Notes: generated from the sequence alone by a model not told the origin. Numbered from the stretch's first letter, positions 37,489 to 46,396 are shown. The stretch: DNA of 64,000 bases from Vicinamibacterales bacterium (GCA_965214845.1 CBDCCO010000007.1:1137030-1201029); one strand, 5' to 3'. Translations and numbers: made by a program.

Positions 37489-37918
37489 GGTCGTTGATGG
37501 CGTGGCGGAGGTCGATGCTCTCCCACGCGACGGGTGTGCCGTCGTTGGTTTCGGTCCGTACGGTCCGCCACCGCACGTGCGGGTTCCGGGCGCGTTCCTC
37601 GGCGCGGCGGCTGGCGAGCACGGCGTCGGCCTCCCTGAGCGCCTCGGTGAAGGTCGCCGGGCGGCCGTCGGCCGCCGCCGGGCGGCGCGGCGGCCTCCGG
37701 GGCCGGTCGGCCCGGCGGGGCATGTGGCGCTTGCGCCGCTCGACCACGCAGCGGGGGCAGCGGCTCGTCCTCCCCCGCTGCCCGGCCGGGATCCGGCCGT
37801 TGCCGAGGCAGGCTTCCTCGTACGGCGCCCCCGGCCCGCGGCAGAACTCGGCGTTGCGGCCTGCGCGGCGGCCCCCGGCCTCCCCTGCTTCCTGCGTCCC
37901 GGCTTCGCGGCTGTCCAT
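37484..37918 (-). CDS. small zinc-ribbon-like protein with basic tail
   Basis: 144 aa: EFCRGPGAPYEEACLGNGRIPAGQRGRTSRCPRCVVERRKRHMPRR..., with C-terminus NPHVRWRTVRTETNDGTPVAWESIDLRHAINDR. Its TAG stop lies within the CTAG at the IS junction. Confidence 0.4.
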   Translation of the reverse strand: MDSREAGTQEAGEAGGRRAGRNAEFCRGPGAPYEEACLGNGRIPAGQRGRTSRCPRCVVERRKRHMPRRADRPRRPPRRPAAADGRPATFTEALREADAVLASRRAEERARNPHVRWRTVRTETNDGTPVAWESIDLRHAINDR

Positions 37919-37967
37919 CGGGAGGATTCTATCGCGCGTGCGGGATGGCGCCCGCTAGGCTCGCCGC

Positions 37968-39281
37968 GTGAGCGCTGCTGCCGCCGGCCAGCCGCCGGAC
38001 GGGTCCGGCGAGGAGCTGGACAGCTTCCCGGACTCGGACGCGGGTGCGGGCCTGCCCGCGCCCGGTCCTCCGCTGCCCACGGACGTGGCGCGCCAGGTCC
38101 GTGAAGCGCACAACCGCGCCGGCGGTCCGGCGCCCGGGGATCCCGGCGATCCGGAACCGGTTGTTCCGGCGCCGGCGCCGGCGCGCCCCCGGCCCCGACA
38201 TGCCCCGCCCGCCGGGCCGGAGGCCGGCGCGCCCCCGCCGGGTTCGGCCGCCGAGCCGGCCGGCGCGCGGCCGAGCGCCGTGTTCGGGTCGCCCACGTCG
38301 GTCGACGCGCCGCCGGAGCTGGCCGACCTCGACCGCCCGCCGGAGCCCGCCGCCCGCGCCGCGGCCGCCGAGCCTCCGTCGGGTCGCGCTACCCTGGCGC
38401 GCCGTGCGCTCGCGTCCCTGGTGGATGGTGCGGCGGCGCTCGCCGTCGTCGCCTTCGTGGCGCTCGTCGCCGAGGTGGTCCGGATCCGTACGGCCGGCGG
38501 CGTGACGGTCCCGCCTGTGGCGCTGGCGGCCGCCTGGGTGGCCGTCGGCTGGGGGGCCGTCCTCATCGGCGACGGCCTCTTCGGCGCGACCCTGGGCCGG
38601 CGGGCCTGCGGTGTGCGCCTGGTGCGCCCGGACGGCGCGCCCGCCGGCTGGTGGCGTCCGCTCGTCCGTCGGGCCGCCGTCGACCTGCGCGCGGCGCTGG
38701 TCCTCGGGCTCGCCTTCGCCCTCACGCTGCGCAGGCAGGGCGCTTCCGCCGGCCCGCTGCTGCCGCCGTCCGCCGCCGATGCCGGCGTGTTCGCGGCGTT
38801 CGCCGCCATCCTGGCCGCGATGCTCCTGCTGCTCGGGCGCGCCGGGCCGCGCCGCGCCGCGCTGGCCGATGCCGTCAGCGGCACGGTCTCTGCCGTCGCG
38901 CCCCCGCCGGAGGCGGCGCGTCCGGCGGTTTCCGTCTCGCGGGTGATCCGCGCCGCGCCGCGGCGGCGCGTCCGGGAGCGCCGGCGCGCGCCCGTCGTCC
39001 CGGACTACCTGCGCCTGCCGGGCGACCCGGACGATGAGGCGGACGAGCGCCCGCCGCGTCCGCGCGTGCTGCGGGCCCGGACCGGCCGGGCGGAGGACCC
39101 GCGGCTGGATCACCCCGAGGGCTTCGACGCCCCGCATGGCCTGCCGGGCCGTGCCGCCGCGTACCTTGTCCGGCGTTTGGGGTCCCGGTCTCGGTGGCAG
39201 GGGGGCTTCGATGCCCCGCGTGGCCTGCCGGGCCGCGTTGCCGCGTACCTTGTCCGGTGCTTGGGGTCCCGGTCCCGGTAG
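37968..39281 (+). CDS. RDD-family membrane protein with Pro-rich N-terminus and repeat-containing C-terminus
   Basis: ATLARRALASLVDGAAALAVV...GDGLFGATLGRRACGVRLVRPDG is an RDD-domain pattern with 3-4 TM segments. The C-terminal 56 aa are encoded by the 84-bp tandem repeat. Confidence 0.6.
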   Translation: MSAAAAGQPPDGSGEELDSFPDSDAGAGLPAPGPPLPTDVARQVREAHNRAGGPAPGDPGDPEPVVPAPAPARPRPRHAPPAGPEAGAPPPGSAAEPAGARPSAVFGSPTSVDAPPELADLDRPPEPAARAAAAEPPSGRATLARRALASLVDGAAALAVVAFVALVAEVVRIRTAGGVTVPPVALAAAWVAVGWGAVLIGDGLFGATLGRRACGVRLVRPDGAPAGWWRPLVRRAAVDLRAALVLGLAFALTLRRQGASAGPLLPPSAADAGVFAAFAAILAAMLLLLGRAGPRRAALADAVSGTVSAVAPPPEAARPAVSVSRVIRAAPRRRVRERRRAPVVPDYLRLPGDPDDEADERPPRPRVLRARTGRAEDPRLDHPEGFDAPHGLPGRAAAYLVRRLGSRSRWQGGFDAPRGLPGRVAAYLVRCLGSRSR

Positions 39282-39286
39282 CAGGT
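39119..39286. repeat. 2 x 84-bp tandem direct repeat
   Basis: GGGCTTCGA[C/T]GCCCCGC[A/G]TGGCCTGCCGGGCCG..GTACCTTGTCCGG..TTGGGGTCCCGGTC, with unit starts at 39119 and 39203 and ~85% identity. It is in frame, giving GFDAPxGLPGRxAAYLVRxLGSRSR twice. Confidence 0.8.
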
Positions 39287-39340
39287 GCGAGGCCGGCGCG
39301 GCCGCAGCCGGGTGCCGCGGCTTCCGGTCTCTCGCCGGTT

Positions 39341-39352
39341 CCAACGCGTTGG
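39341..39352. promoter_or_regulatory. CCAACGCGTTGG palindrome
   Basis: Perfect 12-mer between the convergent stops at 39281 and 39398. Confidence 0.45.
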
Positions 39353-39397
39353 GTTCGAGGCGCGGGGCGCCCGGTGCGCTTTCTCCGGGAGGCGGCG

Positions 39398-39661
39398 CTA
39401 CTTGCCGGCGGGCGGCGGGGGCGCGAGGAGGATGTCTTCGAGCCGGTCGAGCCGCTGGTCGATCCGGCCGTGCTCCTCGCGGCGCTCGGCGGCGGCTTCC
39501 GCGAAGCGCGCGTTGACGTCGGCCCGGAAATTGGTGAAGCGGGCGTTCATGTCCGTCCGGAGGTCGTTGATCCGGGCGTTCGTCGAGCACGTGCCCCCGG
39601 CGACGGCGAGGATGATGCCGACGCCGAGGCTGATAACCGTCAGCCGGTCCGTGGTGCCCAT
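39398..39661 (-). CDS. small membrane-anchored coiled-coil protein (87 aa)
   Basis: Only the last 87 codons of ORF 39398..42556 look coding: MGTTDRLTVISLGVGIILAVAGGTCSTNARINDLRTDMNARFTNFRADVNARFAEAAAERREEHGRIDQRLDRLEDILL. Confidence 0.5.
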   Translation of the reverse strand: MGTTDRLTVISLGVGIILAVAGGTCSTNARINDLRTDMNARFTNFRADVNARFAEAAAERREEHGRIDQRLDRLEDILLAPPPPAGK

Positions 39662-39811
39662 TGGTGCAGGATAGTCCTTTCTCGCGGGCCGTGTCTTCAC
39701 GGGCGTCCGCGTCCTTTTGTCGTGTCTCATCCGGCCGCGGTTCCCTACGCTTGCGCCGGCCAGCGGTGGTCGCGGGCGTCGGGGTCGGCGTGAGCGGAAC
39801 GGGGTCTGGGC

Positions 39812-42800
39812 GTGGAACTTCTGCTGCAGGCGGTGCGGGGATCCTTCCTTCGAGTGCGCGTGGCGTCCGGCGCCGGCGCCCCGGTCCGGCTCCGGCTGCG
39901 CCGGCCGGTCCCGGGCGCTCTCGTCTGCGCCTGTGCGTTCGCCATCCTGCTGCCTGCGCCCGTCCGGGCGCAGGGCGAGTCGCCGTCGTTCACCTACGTC
40001 CTCGCGCCGCTGGCGGCGGCCGAGCCCGAGCACCCGGCGGACGGCAGCCGTGCCCGCCGGGACGTTCGCTTCGCGTTGACCCGGGTTCTGCAGGGCGGCG
40101 GCCGGCAGGGAGACACGGAGGGTCCCTGGGAGCCTCTGCAGGCGCAGTGGATCCACTGGTGGGTCGAGGCCGAGACCGCGGACAAGGGGCCGCCCGGCCG
40201 CGATGGCTCCGACTTCGACGGCCCGGACCGGCCGGCGGGCCGGCTGTCCGCCGCCAGCCTTGGCATGCGCGGGACGGCTTGCTTCGAGCCCCGCAACCCG
40301 ACCGTCGTCCTCGAGGGCGTCGAGGTGTTCTCCGACGATCTCGCCGAGGCGCGGGAGACCTTCGTCCTCTCGTTCTCGTACGCGACGGACCCGCTCGCCC
40401 CGACCGACCCTCCGGTGGGTTGCGTGGAGCTCCGGCGCGACGTAGCCCGGGTGCGCTCGGCCCTGGCCCAGCCGAAGAGCTTCTTCACCGTCGGCATCAC
40501 CGACCACCGGACCGAGCAGGCCCCCGAGCTGACGTCGCAGGCCGGGCCGCTCGAGCTCGAGGTGGCCGAGACCGACCGGGACTTCCGGGCCGCGCTCGTC
40601 ATCGAGACCGACCGCGTGAGTCCCGCCACCTACTGCTATCCGTTCCGGCTGGTGGTGGGCCGGGGCACCGCGTCGGACGCCGACGTGTGGACCGCGGGCG
40701 GCGGTCCGGGCGGGTACTTTGCCCTGCCCGTCGGCTCGAGTCTCGCGCGCTCGGACCACCTCGTGGTCGTCGGCGACACCGTCTCCGAGGCGGACGAGAC
40801 GTTCCATCTCGACTTTTACGACCCGGTCGTGGGCGATTCGTGCTCGCCGCCTTTCGGGGCGGGCGGCCCGCCGCGCTGGGAGGCGGTGGTCGTCATCGTC
40901 GACGACGATGAGCCGGACGGCGGCGGCCTGCCCTGGTTCGGCCTTGACCCGGCGCGCTGCCCGGACGCGCCGTCCGTCCTGGCCGTCACCGAGCCGCCGG
41001 CGGCGGACGGGCTGGTCGCCGTGAGTTTCGAGCTCGTCCACCGCGTGGTCACCCGGGGCCCGGGCCCGGGGCCGGAGAACCCGGACGGCGCCGGCGGGGC
41101 CGCGGTCTGTCAGGAGCCCGTTTCGGACGTCGTGGAGGTGACTGCGGTGCTGGCGCGCGCCGGCGGGGGCGGCGCGGAGCCGGGCGTTGATATCGTGCTG
41201 CCGCCGCACTCGCGCCTTCTGCGGTTCTACCGCGACCAGCCGGTGGCCGTCGAGCTGCTGGTCAGGGGCGATGGGCTGGCGGAGGGCGCCGAGCGGATCG
41301 ACCTCCTGCTCGGCACGGGCCGCGGCGGCAACGTGCGGCTGAGCGTGGTCATCGAGGACCACGAGCTCCGGGTGGAGGTGGCCGCGGGCCGGGCGGCGTC
41401 GCTCACGCGCAGCGGCCGGCTCCTGGGCTCGGCCGTGACCGGTGCGCTCGCTGCGCGCTTCTCGTGCGCCGGCTCGGCCGCCTGCGACCCGTTCGAGGAC
41501 GAGTCGGAGACGCTCTTCCCCGGCGGCGGCCGGGTGCCCGCCGGACGGCGCGGCGCGGCCGCCGCACGGCGCCTCGGGCAGGCGGCGCGGGTGTTGCTCC
41601 CTGCCGGCGCGCCCGCGGCGGGTCCCGCCGGCCTCGGCCGAGTCGGCCGTGGCTTCCGCCACCGGGCGGCGGCGGTGATGGGGCCGGCCGCGGCCGGCGA
41701 CCCGCTCCGGCGCGTCGGGCGGCTGGTCGAGGCGCTCTCCTCGCAGGGAGACCTGCTCGGCTGGCTCGACCCGTCCGCGCGCCGCCCGCGGTCGCCGTGG
41801 TCGGTCTGGTTCCGCGGCTCGTCGCAGATGGACCGTGACGCCGCCGGCGCCGGGCGGTCCGTGGAGACGGGGCTGGTGACCGCGGTCGCGGGCGTCGACC
41901 GCCGGGTGGGCCGGGTCCGCATCGGCGGGCTCTACGGCTGGTCGTTCGGGGCCTACAGCCGCCGGCACGGCGCCGGGTCGCACGCGACGGACGTGGCCGA
42001 CGTGCCTGTGAGCTGGCAGTTCGCGGCGCCGTACGTCGGCGTCGCGCCGCACCCGAGGGTGCGGCTGTGGACCTCGGTCGGCGCCGCCTGGGGCGGCCCG
42101 GCCAGCGGCGGGCCCGGCGCCGAGGCGTCGACCGGCGCCGCTCCCGGCGGCGCCGAGGCCCGCGTCGGCCTCTGGCTGTACTCCGGCGGCGGCTCGCTGT
42201 CGCTGGCCCGGGCCGGCGTTGTCGAGCTCGAGCTCGAGGGCGACGTCTTCCGGGTGCGCGTCGAGCACGGCGGCGGCGGCGTGATCGGCGACGCGTCGTC
42301 GGCCCTGCGCGGACGCGCGGGCGTCCGGGCCGGGATGCGGGTCGGCGGCCCCCGCGCCCCGTCGCACCTGTCGCTGGCGGTCTGGCAGCGGTGGGACGCC
42401 GGCCGCGACCTCGAATGGGTGCGCCGCCTCGGGCCGCGCGCCGTGGCGATGGCCACCGATCTGGGCGTCGACTACCGCTGGCAGCGTCCCGGCTCGCGCC
42501 TGGCGTGGACGGCCGCGGCCGAGGTCGAGGTCGTTGGTGGCGGCGGCGGCGCCCACCGCTCGAAGCGGGTGTCAGCGGGCGGCGGCCTGCGCTGGGGAGC
42601 GTCGGAGACCGGCGAGGGCTGGTCGCTGGCGGTGCGGCCGGGCTACGGCCCGGCGGCGGGGCTCGGGCCCTCGGCGTGGTGGGATGCCGCGGCGCCGGGC
42701 GCCGCGTCCCTGTTCGGGCCGGCGCGGCCGCGCGTGGACACGGACGTCGGCTACGTCTTCGCCGGCGGGGCCGCGGCCGTCGTCACGGCTTCGTCGCCCC

Positions 42801-42877
42801 TGGCGGGCGGCGGGCCGGACGGCCTCGGGCTCGAGCGCGGGGCGTCGGTGGCCCTGCGCTTCGACCGCGGGTGGTGA
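39812..42877 (+). CDS. autotransporter-like outer-membrane protein with Calx-beta-like passenger modules
   Basis: Signal-like ...ALVCACAFAILLPAPVRAQG. It has repeated modules that end in ..DDLAEARETFVLSFS and ..VSEADETFHLDF..VVVIVDDDE. The C-terminal ~300 aa show alternating beta-barrel patterning and end in ..VALRFDRGW. Confidence 0.65.
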   Translation: MELLLQAVRGSFLRVRVASGAGAPVRLRLRRPVPGALVCACAFAILLPAPVRAQGESPSFTYVLAPLAAAEPEHPADGSRARRDVRFALTRVLQGGGRQGDTEGPWEPLQAQWIHWWVEAETADKGPPGRDGSDFDGPDRPAGRLSAASLGMRGTACFEPRNPTVVLEGVEVFSDDLAEARETFVLSFSYATDPLAPTDPPVGCVELRRDVARVRSALAQPKSFFTVGITDHRTEQAPELTSQAGPLELEVAETDRDFRAALVIETDRVSPATYCYPFRLVVGRGTASDADVWTAGGGPGGYFALPVGSSLARSDHLVVVGDTVSEADETFHLDFYDPVVGDSCSPPFGAGGPPRWEAVVVIVDDDEPDGGGLPWFGLDPARCPDAPSVLAVTEPPAADGLVAVSFELVHRVVTRGPGPGPENPDGAGGAAVCQEPVSDVVEVTAVLARAGGGGAEPGVDIVLPPHSRLLRFYRDQPVAVELLVRGDGLAEGAERIDLLLGTGRGGNVRLSVVIEDHELRVEVAAGRAASLTRSGRLLGSAVTGALAARFSCAGSAACDPFEDESETLFPGGGRVPAGRRGAAAARRLGQAARVLLPAGAPAAGPAGLGRVGRGFRHRAAAVMGPAAAGDPLRRVGRLVEALSSQGDLLGWLDPSARRPRSPWSVWFRGSSQMDRDAAGAGRSVETGLVTAVAGVDRRVGRVRIGGLYGWSFGAYSRRHGAGSHATDVADVPVSWQFAAPYVGVAPHPRVRLWTSVGAAWGGPASGGPGAEASTGAAPGGAEARVGLWLYSGGGSLSLARAGVVELELEGDVFRVRVEHGGGGVIGDASSALRGRAGVRAGMRVGGPRAPSHLSLAVWQRWDAGRDLEWVRRLGPRAVAMATDLGVDYRWQRPGSRLAWTAAAEVEVVGGGGGAHRSKRVSAGGGLRWGASETGEGWSLAVRPGYGPAAGLGPSAWWDAAAPGAASLFGPARPRVDTDVGYVFAGGAAAVVTASSPLAGGGPDGLGLERGASVALRFDRGW

Positions 42878-43197
42878 GCGGCGGCGCGCCCGGCCGCCGT
42901 GTCCCACGGCGTCTCGACGTTGACGTGGCCGCCGCCGGCGGGCGTCTCGACGATCTCGCCCGCCGCCTTGCGCGTCTGGCGCCGCCGCCAGCGCTCGGCG
43001 AGCGCCGCGCGGGCGCGCCGCACGGTGGGGTGCTTCCGGTGCTCGACCGGGCCGCCGCAGTAGCGGCACGCGGTATCGGCCGGGTCTCCGCGGTGGCGCA
43101 TCCCGGCGCGCAAGCAGCGCGTGCACCACGCGATGGCCGTCGGGCGCGGCGGCCTGCGCCCTGTCCCCTCCGCCGTGCCGCTCCCCGGTGTTCGCAC
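42751..43197 (-). CDS. possible small zinc-ribbon-like protein (weak; 3' part overlaps the autotransporter gene)
   Basis: AIAWCTRCLRAGMRHRGDPADTACRYCGGPVEHRKHPTVRRARAALAERWRRRQTRK. The architecture matches the other three small CxxC proteins. The true ends are uncertain. Confidence 0.3.
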   Translation of the reverse strand: MRTPGSGTAEGTGRRPPRPTAIAWCTRCLRAGMRHRGDPADTACRYCGGPVEHRKHPTVRRARAALAERWRRRQTRKAAGEIVETPAGGGHVNVETPWDTAAGRAAAHHPRSKRRATDAPRSSPRPSGPPPARGDEAVTTAAAPPAKT

Positions 43198-43224
43198 GGG
43201 CTATCCGGCGCTGGCGGCGCGCTG

Positions 43225-44373
43225 CTAGCGGTCCTTGGAGCCGGTGCTGGGGGTCGCCTCGGCCGCGGGCGTTTCCGGCGCCGTGGCTTTGCCGGTGGCC
43301 GCGTCCTCGGCGGCCGGGCCGCCCGAGGCCGCGGTATCGCCGGCGGCGTCGCCGGCGGCCGCGTCCCATGGCTCACTGCCCGTCGGTGTTGCGGCCTCGG
43401 CCGTGGTCGGGGCCGGTGCCTCGGCGGCAGCGGCCGGGGCACCGGCGGTCTCGGCCCGGGTATCGCCGGTGGCGTCGCCGGCGGCGGCGGGCGGTGGCTC
43501 GCCGGCCGTCGGCGCAGGGGCCTCGGCCGCCGCCTCGGTTCCGGCCGGGGACGGCGCCTCGGCGGCAGCGGCCGGCTCGGTGCTGTCCTTGTTTTCGGGC
43601 TTGCCGGGCGCGGCGCCGGCGTGGGGTTCCGGTGTCCAGCCTCCGGTCTTCTGTCTGGTCTTCGGCGGCCGCGCTGCGGCCTCGGCGGCCGGGCCGCTTG
43701 CGGCCTGGGTGTCGTCGGCGGTGTTGGCCGGTGGTTCGCCGGCCGTCGGCATTGTGCCCCTGGTCTCGGCCGGGGCCGGTGCGTCGGTGGCCGCAGCCGG
43801 CGTCTCGGCGGTTGGGGCTCCCGCCTGCGGCCGCTTCTTCCCGCCTGCGGCGGTGGCGGGCTGGCGCCTGCGGCGCTTCGGCGCGGCGTCGGCGCCCTGG
43901 CGGCCCTTGGCGCGGCGCCCGGGCTTGCCGACAGCCGCCGTGACTGTCTCGATCGCCTTGAGCGTCTCGGCGTGGCGCGCCTGGTGCCTCTCGTCGACAG
44001 CGCGCATCAGCTCGACCGCGCCGTCGACCTTCTGTGCCAGGGTGGCCGTCTCGATCTGCGCGGCGTCGTTGGCGTCGAGCACGGCGCGCACGTTCCTGGC
44101 GGTCTGGTCGCTCTGCGTCTTGATGGCGGCCGAGTCGTCGGTCAGCTGGTCGATCCGGCTGTGCATCCGGGCTATCGACTCGGCCATCGCCCCGGGGGCG
44201 GCGGGCGGCGCGGCCTGGCCGTCGCCGCGCTCGTCGCGGTGCGACTCGTCGATGCGCAGCGCGCATTGCTTCGCCCGCCGCGATGCGCGCCAGGCGAGCA
44301 GCGCCGAGACGGTGGCCGCCGAGAGGATGAGGGCATCGGGCAGGGTGATCTGGATCTGGCTCATGTCGACCAT
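43225..44373 (-). CDS. membrane-anchored coiled-coil protein with long Ala/Pro/Thr-rich repetitive tail
   Basis: MVDMSQIQITLPDALILSAATVSALLAWRASRRAK is a TM anchor. It is followed by a helical region (IDQLTDDSAAIKTQSDQTARNVRAVLDANDAAQIETATLAQKVDG) and then a low-complexity tail with AAAEAPAPT-type repeats. Confidence 0.55.
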   Translation of the reverse strand: MVDMSQIQITLPDALILSAATVSALLAWRASRRAKQCALRIDESHRDERGDGQAAPPAAPGAMAESIARMHSRIDQLTDDSAAIKTQSDQTARNVRAVLDANDAAQIETATLAQKVDGAVELMRAVDERHQARHAETLKAIETVTAAVGKPGRRAKGRQGADAAPKRRRRQPATAAGGKKRPQAGAPTAETPAAATDAPAPAETRGTMPTAGEPPANTADDTQAASGPAAEAAARPPKTRQKTGGWTPEPHAGAAPGKPENKDSTEPAAAAEAPSPAGTEAAAEAPAPTAGEPPPAAAGDATGDTRAETAGAPAAAAEAPAPTTAEAATPTGSEPWDAAAGDAAGDTAASGGPAAEDAATGKATAPETPAAEATPSTGSKDR

Positions 44374-44571
44374 CGGTTCCTCCGTGCCGCCGCCGGCGGC
44401 CTCTCGTCGGGGGCGGGCGGCCGGCGGCGCCTCCGCGCTCGCGACGGACCCGCCTGCGGGCGCCGCCCCGCGTCGCTGGAGTATTGGGTACCGGGGTCCC
44501 CGCCGCGGCGGGCGCGCCTCCCTCGGGTAGTCTGCGCCGTGTTGCCGGCATCACTTCAGGGAGGGTTCATC

Positions 44572-45153
44572 ATGGGCAACCGCAACCGGCGTCTCGTCTC
44601 GTCGTCGCTGCTCTTCGTCTCGAGCCTCGTGACCGTCGCGGTACTGGTGGCAATGGGCTGCACGGGGGGCGGCATCGCGTACTACCAGGCCGTGGCCGTC
44701 GTGTCCGGCCTGGTACTGCTGTCGGCCGTCGGGGCGCCGCCGGCGCTCGCTCGCGGGCGGCGGCGGCTCCTGCGCGTGATCGTGCGCACGCGCCGGGCGG
44801 TGTACGCGGCGGCCGCGGCCGCGCCGCGCCGCGTGCTTGCCACGCGGCCGGCCCTGCTCGCCGGCTCCGCCGTCGCGGCGGCGTTCGCCGTCGTGCTCGT
44901 GGACTCGTCGGCCGTCGTGCTGGCGAGCGACGGGCCGTGGGGCACGGCGGCCCAGGCGGTCTGCAACGCGTTCACGGGCGTCATCGGCAAGGGGCTCGCG
45001 CTGACGGCCTTCGTCGTCGGGGGCCTGATGTTCGCGTTCGGCGAGGGCGGCAGCAAGTCGGCGCTCGCCGGCCTGATCTTCGGTGCGGGCATGGTGCTCT
45101 CGGCGCCGGCGTTCCTCACCTGGATCGGCATCGTCGGGTCGGTCGGCTGCTAG
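44572..45153 (+). CDS. TrbC/VirB2-family T4SS pilin-like protein
   Basis: Internal ATG at 44572 with GGGAGGG upstream. The C-terminus, GPWGTAAQAVCNAFTGVIGKGLALTAFVVGGLMFAFGEGGSKSALAGLIFGAGMVLSAPAFLTWIG, has two TM helices in the VirB2/TrbC pattern. Confidence 0.65.
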   Translation: MGNRNRRLVSSSLLFVSSLVTVAVLVAMGCTGGGIAYYQAVAVVSGLVLLSAVGAPPALARGRRRLLRVIVRTRRAVYAAAAAAPRRVLATRPALLAGSAVAAAFAVVLVDSSAVVLASDGPWGTAAQAVCNAFTGVIGKGLALTAFVVGGLMFAFGEGGSKSALAGLIFGAGMVLSAPAFLTWIGIVGSVGC

Positions 45154-45273
45154 TCCGGCCGTTGCCGCTCCCTGCCGGATCCCGCCGCGGCGAGCGCGGC
45201 GGGCGCGGCCGTCCTGGGGCCGGACCCCTCGTTCTCCCGCAGGGCGGCCGTGTGTTTCCCGGCCCGCGGCGTC

Positions 45274-45291
45274 GGCCCAACGCGTTGGGCC
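45274..45291. promoter_or_regulatory. GGCCCAACGCGTTGGGCC palindrome
   Basis: 18-nt perfect palindrome in the 3' region of macrodomain remnant A. It is duplicated at 47897-47912. Confidence 0.45.
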
Positions 45292-45337
45292 GGCCCGTGG
45301 GCCGGCGCTCTGCCGCGGCCCGCGCCCGGGCCGGCCA

Positions 45338-45547
45338 GCGGCAGAGCGTCCAGCTGATCCCAGGGCGCCGGGCGGTCGCCTCGAGGACCAGCGGCAGGAC
45401 GCGGGCGGCTTCAAGGCCGCCGAGGCCGCAACCGAGCGGGGGTACCGCCACCTCGCTGACGCCGAGGCGCAGGCACGCGGGGCCGATGGCGGCGATGGTC
45501 GCCTCGATCAGCTCGGGTGGCGAGGGATCGCGCCAGTGGCGCTTGGT
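45338..45547 (-). pseudogene. DarG/TARG1-like macrodomain gene remnant A (C-terminal ~70 codons only)
   Basis: TKRHWRDPSPPELIEATIAAIGPACLRLGVSEVAVPPLGCGLGGLEAARVLPLVLEATARRPGISWTLCR. This matches the FPTKxHWRxPS...AVPPLGxGxGGL block of DarG-type macrodomains as I recall them. The N-terminal half is missing, and homology to copy B stops at ~45549. Confidence 0.65.
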
Positions 45548-45614
45548 CGGCGGCGCTTGGTCGGCGCCTCGTGTGCGCGAGCAGGAGGGGCAGCACGGAC
45601 GAGATGTGGATCCT

Positions 45615-45653
45615 GAACGCTCTCGATCAGAGGATCGCTGATCGAGAGCGTTC
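45615..45653. terminator. perfect 16-bp-stem hairpin after the protease gene
   Basis: GAACGCTCTCGATCAG-AGGATCG-CTGATCGAGAGCGTTC, 3 nt downstream of the stop at 45657 on the minus strand. There is no U-tract. It lies at the left edge of the low-GC insert. Confidence 0.5.
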
Positions 45654-45656
45654 GGC

Positions 45657-46142
45657 CTACCGCTGATACCCGTTTGGGCCGGTATCGATCGTGAAGAAAC
45701 CTTGTCTCTGACTGAACAGCACGTCATGCCGATCGAAGAATCCGCTCTGTCCGAGCAAGCCAATACCCTGCGCGTCCAGGCCTTCCGTAAATCCGGTGAT
45801 GATGTCTAAACGGATCACGTGGAAGGGAGCCTGTTCTCCGGCTCTCGTGAAGCCGATTTCGACGTTGACCTGGGCATGGTAAACGACCGCGCTTGACCCC
45901 ACGCCCATCGTGAGGGAGCTGGGCATGTCCAGCACATTCAGGCCGAGGCGGTGAGCGAGCGACAGCGGGAACACACATGAGTCCGCACCGGTGTCCAGGC
46001 AGACGGTGCAGGGCAATCTTCTTGCCTGTCCGGGTAACGCGACGCCTGCAATCAACCAGGGGCGCAGGACGATGTGTCCGTTGGGGTGAGTAGCGGTGGG
46101 TCCGATCGGTACGCGGGTGTAGCTGCAACTGATTGAGGGCAC
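45657..46142 (-). CDS. retropepsin-like (clan AA) aspartic protease
   Basis: ...LPCTVCLDTGADSCVFPLSLAHRLGL...GVGSSAVVYHAQVNVEIGF... contains the D-T-G-A active-site motif. I chose the GTG at 46142, which overlaps the upstream TAG by 1 nt. Local GC is visibly lower than the surrounding sequence. Confidence 0.65.
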   Translation of the reverse strand: MPSISCSYTRVPIGPTATHPNGHIVLRPWLIAGVALPGQARRLPCTVCLDTGADSCVFPLSLAHRLGLNVLDMPSSLTMGVGSSAVVYHAQVNVEIGFTRAGEQAPFHVIRLDIITGFTEGLDAQGIGLLGQSGFFDRHDVLFSQRQGFFTIDTGPNGYQR

Positions 46143-46357
46143 TAGAGAAATGCCATCGCTTTCTCGGGCACCCTGATGATGAGAGGATTCAGTTCTCCCT
46201 TGGACTCGGCTTCGGCGACAACCGCAGAGATGGTGGAGCCGTGGGCGACCACGCGATCGTGAGTCGACGCAATGGCCACCCACGATCCAAGAGGGATGCC
46301 TTTGGTCAGGTTCTCGATGTCGAGTGCCGGGATCTCCGGAACTGCTGCATTGGCCAT
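46142..46357 (-). CDS. DUF5678-like small protein (antitoxin-like partner of the protease)
   Basis: 71 aa: MANAAVPEIPALDIENLTKGIPLGSWVAIASTHDRVVAHGSTISAVVAEAESKGELNPLIIRVPEKAMAFL, with a GGAGA RBS. The G.WVAI...VVA.G.T pattern is as I recall for DUF5678. Confidence 0.55.
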   Translation of the reverse strand: MANAAVPEIPALDIENLTKGIPLGSWVAIASTHDRVVAHGSTISAVVAEAESKGELNPLIIRVPEKAMAFL

Positions 46358-46396
46358 GTTGCCGATTCTCCTTTCAGGTTAACGTGAATCAGTAAA

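Noticed and set aside
39119-39286. Possible CRISPR array or REP element (two 84-bp repeats)
   Set aside because: There are only two directly adjacent units with no spacer, and they lie in frame within the RDD protein ORF. This is a tandem duplication, not a CRISPR array.
39398-42556. 1052-aa minus-strand ORF opposite the autotransporter gene
   Set aside because: Only the final 87 codons (39398..39661) have protein-like composition. The rest is antisense to a gene with clear signal-peptide, Calx-beta-like and barrel features.
44572-45153. Calling a complete type IV secretion / conjugation apparatus or a prophage
   Set aside because: Only a VirB2-like pilin and a VirB1-like transglycosylase are present, 30 kb apart. 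I found no VirB4/VirD4 ATPase, relaxase, integrase, capsid, terminase or tail gene in the window. The element type (ICE, IME or other) stays open.
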